Positions 55,976 to 64,000 of a DNA stretch of 64,000 nucleotides are shown piece by piece. Under the pieces are notes generated by a model that had not been told where the DNA came from, did no database searches, and was given only the letters and a program-made list of their open reading frames with translations. Source of the DNA: Adineta vaga (lineage: Eukaryota > Animalia > Rotifera); the NCBI GenBank assembly GCA_021613535.1, contig CP075494.1, positions 12,276,001 to 12,340,000 on the forward strand. Reading direction: 5' to 3'. How positions within the stretch are numbered: the stretch's first letter is position 1; every line of letters begins with the position of its first letter. The position numbers and the translations under genes are program-made.

Positions 55976-57141
55976 ATGTTCTTTACACGTTGTTTATATA
56001 AAATAGCTGAAAACGAGCTTGGTCGTCATTTAAATTTACCGTTTATTGATAAACTTCGTATTTATGTTCGTGGTGGTCGTGGTGGAAATGGTCTGAAGAA
56101 ATACGGTGGTATTGGTGGACAAGGTGGAAATGTTCTAATACAAGGTAAACGTCATATGACATTGAAAAATGTCTATGAAAAGAATTTGTTAAAACGTTAT
56201 ATTGCACCTGATGGTGAAAACAGTCATAAAACATGTTTGAATGCTAAAGCAGGTGAAAATTTAACAATTCATGTACCACTCGGTATACAAATTTTACGGG
56301 ATAATGGAGAATTAATTGATGAAATTAACGATATTGATGATGAATGTATTGTGGCACATGGTGGTGCTGGTGGAAGTTATAAGACGTTCTTTGAAGGTGT
56401 ACCTGGTGAAGCGACAATAGTCAATTTAGATCTAAAATTATTAGCTGATGTCGGGTAAATTAATTAGAGAAGATCGATAAATTTTCTTAAATAATTTATT
56501 TTTTTTATTGTAGTTTTGTTGGCTATCCAAATGCTGGTAAATCGACTCTTCTCTCTATGCTTTCTCGTACACGACCAGCAATATCACCTGTTCCATTTAC
56601 TACTCTTCATCCACAAATAGGCACTGTTGTGTTCGATGATGGTCGTTCATTTACTATTGCTGATCTGCCCGGTCTAATTGAAGGATCACATATTAAAATG
56701 GGACTTGGTTCTCGTTTTCTGAAACATACACTTCGCTCGAAAATTCTTCTCTTTGTTATTGATATCAATGGCTTTCAATTAGAACTTCGTTCACCATTAC
56801 GTTCAGCATTTGATTCGATTGTTTTCTTAACTAAAGAACTTGAATTATATGAACCATCTCTCCTTCATAAACCTGCCATACTTGCGATAAATAAAATCGA
56901 TCAATTAGAAGATCAAACCAAATTAAAGGAATTCTATCATTCATTAGATAATTATCAAGAAATTTTGAAGAATGAATATGAAGAAAAATGGTGTCCGAAA
57001 CAATTCTTTCGTTTTGAACATATTGTTGAAATAGCTGGTAAACATGGTACCAATTGTGATCATTTATGCTCTATTCTAAGACATTCACTTGATGAACAAT
57101 CTGATCGAGAAAGAAGAACTAGTAAATTTTCATCATTCTAG
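55976..57141 (+). CDS. GTPBP10: Mitochondrial Obg-family GTPase GTPBP10
   Basis: FIDKLRIYVRGGRGG glycine-rich Obg fold; DLKLLADVG|FVGYPNAGKST; PFTT; DLPGLIEG; NKID. One intron at 56456-56513. Confidence 0.92.
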
Positions 57142-57160
57142 ATAAAAAAAAAGAAAACGA

Positions 57161-58579
57161 ATGTCGGATGATTTTATCTATTGTCGAAATCAAAATGATT
57201 TTGTCGATTCAATTCTTGATGCAGTCGAACAACATGACGGTCTTTTACTTGATGAATTATTAAATGTATCACGTATGTATAAAATCGATGACTTAGATTA
57301 TGATGATACGAATGAACCTAATCTTGATCAACAATTAAACAATGATCTAGAACTTCTTTGGAAACTATTAAGTCGATATCATTGGTTTGTTTGTCGATAT
57401 TTATATCTCAATGATATTGATCGTGCATTTCGACATCAATCAAAGAAATTCTCTTGTCTAATGGGAATATTGAATTATTATTCAAATCGATCAACAGATG
57501 ATGATCATAATAATGATCCAATTCATTCGACAACAAATGATGATGATCCATCATGGTTATTACCAGTTTTTAATCGTCATGCACATGAATTACGTCTTCT
57601 TGCTTTACTTGGCAATGACGAAGGAAATAATGATGATAATGATACTTTCGAAACTTCAAATTCAACAAGTACAATTCAAACATGTAATACACAATTATTA
57701 CAAGCAAATAATGTTTTACAAAGATTTCCATCAACAATTAAATTAAAAAAAGTCGGTATTTTTATTATTGTTAATCAAATGTTAAAAACGTATTATGCTT
57801 TACATAAATTTAATCTATGTACTTATTTCATTTCCAAAGGTAAAGATCAATTTAATTTGAAATTCTATTCTTATTCTTGTATTTCAGCTGAACGTCCATT
57901 GAAACAATACATGCAAGAAGAAAATACTCAACAAATACATCGATATTCATCTTATGTTCTTAGTTATCGTTATTTTCTTGGTAAACATCTTATTCTTAAA
58001 CATGATTATAGTTCAGCAATTGCTCATTTTGATTACGTTTTCACAAATTGTCTCAATTCAAATAGAAGTGGAAGTATTAAAAATAAACAACAATCATTAT
58101 TATATTTAGTTGCATTAAAAATGCTTCATGGTTCAACACCAAATATGGATATTTTAGAAAAATATGAATTAAATGAATTAATTGATTTGATTAAACCAAT
58201 TCGTGCTGGTTCATTGAGATTATTTCGTGAAAAACTTCATGAATATGAACAATTTCTATTTGATACTGGTCTATTTTTTTTAATTGAAAATTTCAAATTA
58301 TTAGCAATAAGAAATTTATTTCATACATATGTTTATCATATTGATCATCAACAAACAAACAAAATTCCATTTGAACCTACATTATTAAGTTTATTAAATT
58401 TTGATCTTGATCAAGAAAATTACTTTACAGTTAATGAACTTATTGACATATTAAATAGTATGATAGAAAAAGGCATGATTAAAGGTTATATTTCATATAC
58501 AGTTCGAACATTAGTTGTTAGTAAAAAAGATCCATTTCCAAGACAATTTCATTTTTCGTCTTTACTAAATTCATCGTAA
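57161..58579 (+). CDS. PCID2: PCI domain-containing protein 2 (TREX-2 / CSN12-like)
   Basis: KKVGIFIIVNQMLKTY; YRYFLGK; winged-helix end MIEKGMIKGYISY...LVVSKKDPFP. Probably contains a stopless 48-nt intron at 57840-57887. Confidence 0.85.
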   Translation: MSDDFIYCRNQNDFVDSILDAVEQHDGLLLDELLNVSRMYKIDDLDYDDTNEPNLDQQLNNDLELLWKLLSRYHWFVCRYLYLNDIDRAFRHQSKKFSCLMGILNYYSNRSTDDDHNNDPIHSTTNDDDPSWLLPVFNRHAHELRLLALLGNDEGNNDDNDTFETSNSTSTIQTCNTQLLQANNVLQRFPSTIKLKKVGIFIIVNQMLKTYYALHKFNLCTYFISKGKDQFNLKFYSYSCISAERPLKQYMQEENTQQIHRYSSYVLSYRYFLGKHLILKHDYSSAIAHFDYVFTNCLNSNRSGSIKNKQQSLLYLVALKMLHGSTPNMDILEKYELNELIDLIKPIRAGSLRLFREKLHEYEQFLFDTGLFFLIENFKLLAIRNLFHTYVYHIDHQQTNKIPFEPTLLSLLNFDLDQENYFTVNELIDILNSMIEKGMIKGYISYTVRTLVVSKKDPFPRQFHFSSLLNSS

Positions 58580-58624
58580 ATCGTTAGATTCATGTATAGA
58601 AAATGTATTCTAGATTATTGAATC

Positions 58625-59189
58625 ATGTTTCATCCAAATTCACCTGGATCTGCATCACATTCCGATGGAGATCATATGATGCCTTCAAATTTCTTTCCAA
58701 GACGTGAAAGAACACTTTCACAGTAAAATTTTTCGATCTATTCTTGACAGATTCATTTTATTTTATCGTAATTTAGATGCGAACGTGTATTACAAAGCCC
58801 ATCTTATGAAGGTAAAATACATGAATTTTGCCGAGAAAAAGGCTATGGTCACATTCAACCAAAAGACAATCCAAGTGAACTTATTTTCGTTCACGTTTCG
58901 GAGTAAATATTCCTTTCTTTCTCTTTCTCGACATATCTTTCTTCATTTCTCTAGTATCGAAGATGATTATGTTCCAAAGAAAGGTGATATTGTGACATTT
59001 AAAAAGATGTTAATGCCGCCTAAGAATGAAAAATCGATGGCAGTACATATAAAACTTCTTCATTTAGCTGAAGGTGTTAAACATGAATCATGGGAAGAAG
59101 CAGTTGAACATGATATGGAAAATCGACGGCCATCACGATCGAATGAAACAATGGAAAATCATCAAAATGTTGTTTCTCATGCTGATTAG
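58625..59189 (+). CDS. CARHSP1: Cold-shock domain protein CARHSP1/CSDC2 (PIPPin)-like
   Basis: Spliced product: LPRRERTLS...YEGKIHEFCREKGYGHI...IFVHVSDIEDDYVPKKGDIVTF...PPKNEKSMAVH...HESW. Confidence 0.88.
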
Positions 59190-59379
59190 TTTGATTCTAA
59201 ATGGCTTTTCAAAAAACAAACTCCAGTGATATTACCTTCTCTTTTTCTTTTTTTCTTATCGTCATAACAAACTAAATGTTGAATTTTTTTTTATTAAAAA
59301 AAAAGAGAAAAATCTGATACAGACATACTTTATTTTTCACTGTGATGTATTTTGTCCTTCTTTTCTTCTAGATCTTACG

Positions 59380-61289
<1,910 letters not shown>

Positions 61290-62697
61290 ATGAACAACAT
61301 CTATCAATAGGAAAGTGACTTTTAAAGATTTTCTTTTTGTTTGCATATGTTGATCTTTAATCACGAAGTGAAAAAAAAATAAAGTTCTTAGCAAAAAAAA
61401 CAGAAATTCAATATCTTCTTGATCATAAAAATGATTTCATGATGATGAGAAAACATGCAGATGTTCTTTCGTTTCTCTAATATGATTAAATCGAAATTTA
61501 ATGTGAGTTCAAAAAGGAAATGGATGCCATTAGTCAAATCTCTTTTATGTCTTGTTCATTTCTCAAAACAACAATAAAACATATGTGTGAAAATATTTTC
61601 TGTCACGAAAAAGTGACATTTTTCTCACCGATCAACAAAACAAAACAAAGAAAATCACTTGACCCAGTCGCATTGTCGAATAACATACTTCAAAAATGAA
61701 TTCATTCATATTAAAATGTAATGAAAAAGCAAAAAAAAAACCATTACTTCATCAAACTTTCATTAAAAACAAATCACCATGACTTCTATTTAACACCTGC
61801 ATGGATGATTATATGTATATAGTGCAACTGTTCATTAATCACAGCATGAATTTCGTTTCACCTTGTAAACAATTGAATTGGAAAGAGAAAATGTTTTTGT
61901 TCATAATGAAAATTTATCGAATATTCAAGATTACATCATACACATTTCGTTTCTCTTCAACATTACATATCTCACCTCTCCTCTTACGATAAATTGCTTG
62001 CTCTCGAGAAGCTATTTCAATAGAATAAATATGATAAAAGACTTTTGCGACGTTATTGCATGTATAAGAGGATACTTGATATATTAGAAATGCAAAAGCT
62101 CATGCTGTTCACTATACAAAACAGAAGGATTAGTTAGAATAGAATGACATCTCTTGAAGAAGAGGTTGATTCTCATCATCTTATTGGTCATTTCGTATGT
62201 ATTTTTTTCTATTTCCACATCGCATTCGCACTCGCTCGCTCGCTCTCGCTCGAGGCAAATATAAACGTACATAGTCCAGTCCGTCCCTCGAGAGGTGTGG
62301 CACATGATTTATAAGGGAAAAAGAGAGAAAGAAAGAAAAAGGGAGAGGGAAATTGAAAAATTTATATACCTCTCATGTTCGTTGGCCTTGCTTTATTCAA
62401 GGACATATATATTGTACTTGTCAGAGTTTAATACAGGTCAAAACACTGATTTCTCTTGTATATTTTTATGTCACATGCTTTTATCTATTTGAAAGCATGC
62501 CTCGAAAAAGACATGTCTACGTATACATAGATATATCGCACATTTTACGGGCAGATGATATACTTCGAAGTAGTAATTTTTTTAAAGATAACACCTGCAC
62601 TTTACGTTCACTTGAAATGAAACTTTTTTTTTTGTTTTATTCTAGATTTATTTTAATAGAAAAAAAAGAAACGAAAGAATTTTACTTTAATTTATGA

Positions 62698-64000
62698 ATG
62701 ATTCATAAATCTAATTCATCTTCGATTAATTTATCATTATCTGGATGTGGATTTTTAGGTGTTTATCATATCGGTGTTATATGTGCGTTTAAAGAACATG
62801 CTCCTAAAGTTCTTGAGAATAAAATGGCTGGATGTTCAGCCGGTTCGCTTGTTGCAGCATGTGCAATGAGTGGTTGTTGTCTTGGACAGATGTGTAGTGA
62901 TGCTTTAGAAATAGCTATACGAGCACGAAGTCGTGCATTAGGACCTCTTCATCCAACGTTTAGTATTGTTGATATAATACGAAATGGTTTACGACGAATT
63001 CTACCACCGAATGCACATGAAATCTGTTCAGGACGTTTATTTATTTCATTAACACGTTGGAAAGATAATAAAAATGTTGTTATTAGTCAATTTCATAATC
63101 GTGAAGAACTTATTCAAGTACTTATTTGTTCAAGTTTTGTACCTTATTGGTCAGGTATAATTCCACATAAATTTCGTGGAGAAGTAAAAGAAAAAGAAAT
63201 CTTATGAATATGGTTTTGTAAATTCTTCTTTGTTTTTTAGTATTATTGGGATGGTGGCTTAACGAATAATAATCCGATTATTGATGAAGGTACAATTTTA
63301 GTTTCACCATTCGCTGGTGAAAGTGATATTTGTCCACGAGATGAATCAGGTTCATTCTATAGTGTTGATTTTCGAGGTAAAATTCAATTGGTGTTTTTGT
63401 TTTCTTCATATTATTCAAGTTTGTTTGATTCAGGAACGGATATTTCATGTACACAAGAGAATTTATATCGTATGACTCGTGCTCTATTTCCACCGAATTT
63501 ATCTGTATTAAAACAAATTTGTTGGCGTGGTTATATCGATGGTTTAAAATTTCTTCAAACAAGAAGTAAGACGGAGAGGAAAAACTGAACTTTCGATATA
63601 AATCTACTTTCTTTCAGATATGATTGAATCATCACATTTGAGTACAAAAGCAACGATCTCATCTGTACTCGGAAGTGATTATACAGAACCGGCGAATGAT
63701 GAAGAAAAACAATTATGTAATGGTGGAATTGTACAAGATGTTGATATGATGTATGAAAAATTAGATGACGATGATGAAGGCGATTCAATTGGATATGATT
63801 CTCCATCAGAGGATGAATCAGAAAAAGATAATAGTCAAGTGACATTTAGTCCATTTTGTGAAAAAGTGACAAGAAAAAAAGAATTACCGACTCCACTTTT
63901 TGCTGGTAGAAATCTTCGTTTGCTCTCTGTCTCCCATTAGAATCAAACACAACTTCTCATATATGTTTTAGTATTTGCCGATGCTCGACAAAAAGTTGAA
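62698..64000 (+). CDS. PNPLA2: Patatin-like phospholipase, ATGL/PNPLA2 (brummer)-like; continues beyond the window
   Basis: SLSGCGFLGVYHIGV (oxyanion loop), GCSAG (nucleophile) and WDGG, then VSPFAGESDICP. Confidence 0.88.

Overview
AT-rich, gene-dense eukaryotic (metazoan) DNA with many very short (~45-60 nt) GT-AG introns. The style and gene content (F-box/LRR and NHL families, adhesion-GPCR expansion) suggest a bdelloid rotifer or a similar small spiralian; this is inference only. About 22 protein-coding genes can be rebuilt by hand-splicing: ODF2-like, a class A peptide GPCR, an 85-aa orphan, ClpP, PHOSPHO1/2, a minimal EME1, an NHL-type propeller, a hidden 4-exon EF-hand-like gene, RAD54L2/ARIP4, HPS4, a Cys-loop receptor with an anion-type pore motif, SEC23, three tandem adhesion GPCRs, a secreted peptide ending FKWG, ABHD4/5, a truncated F-box gene, GTPBP10, PCID2, CARHSP1/CSDC2, PSMC1 and PNPLA2-like. 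There are also decayed gene remnants. The most striking structure is an operon-like run GTPBP10-PCID2-CARHSP1-PSMC1 with intergenic gaps of 19, 45 and 190 bp. Each downstream ATG is preceded by a splice acceptor, and the GTPBP10 stop codon (TAG) itself looks like the acceptor for the next cistron, consistent with spliced-leader-resolved polycistronic transcription. Also notable is an adhesion-GPCR array with graded GPS cleavage motifs and a very recently shared block of stalk exons. No tRNA, rRNA, CRISPR array or intact transposase was found. All identifications come from motif recognition, not database searches.
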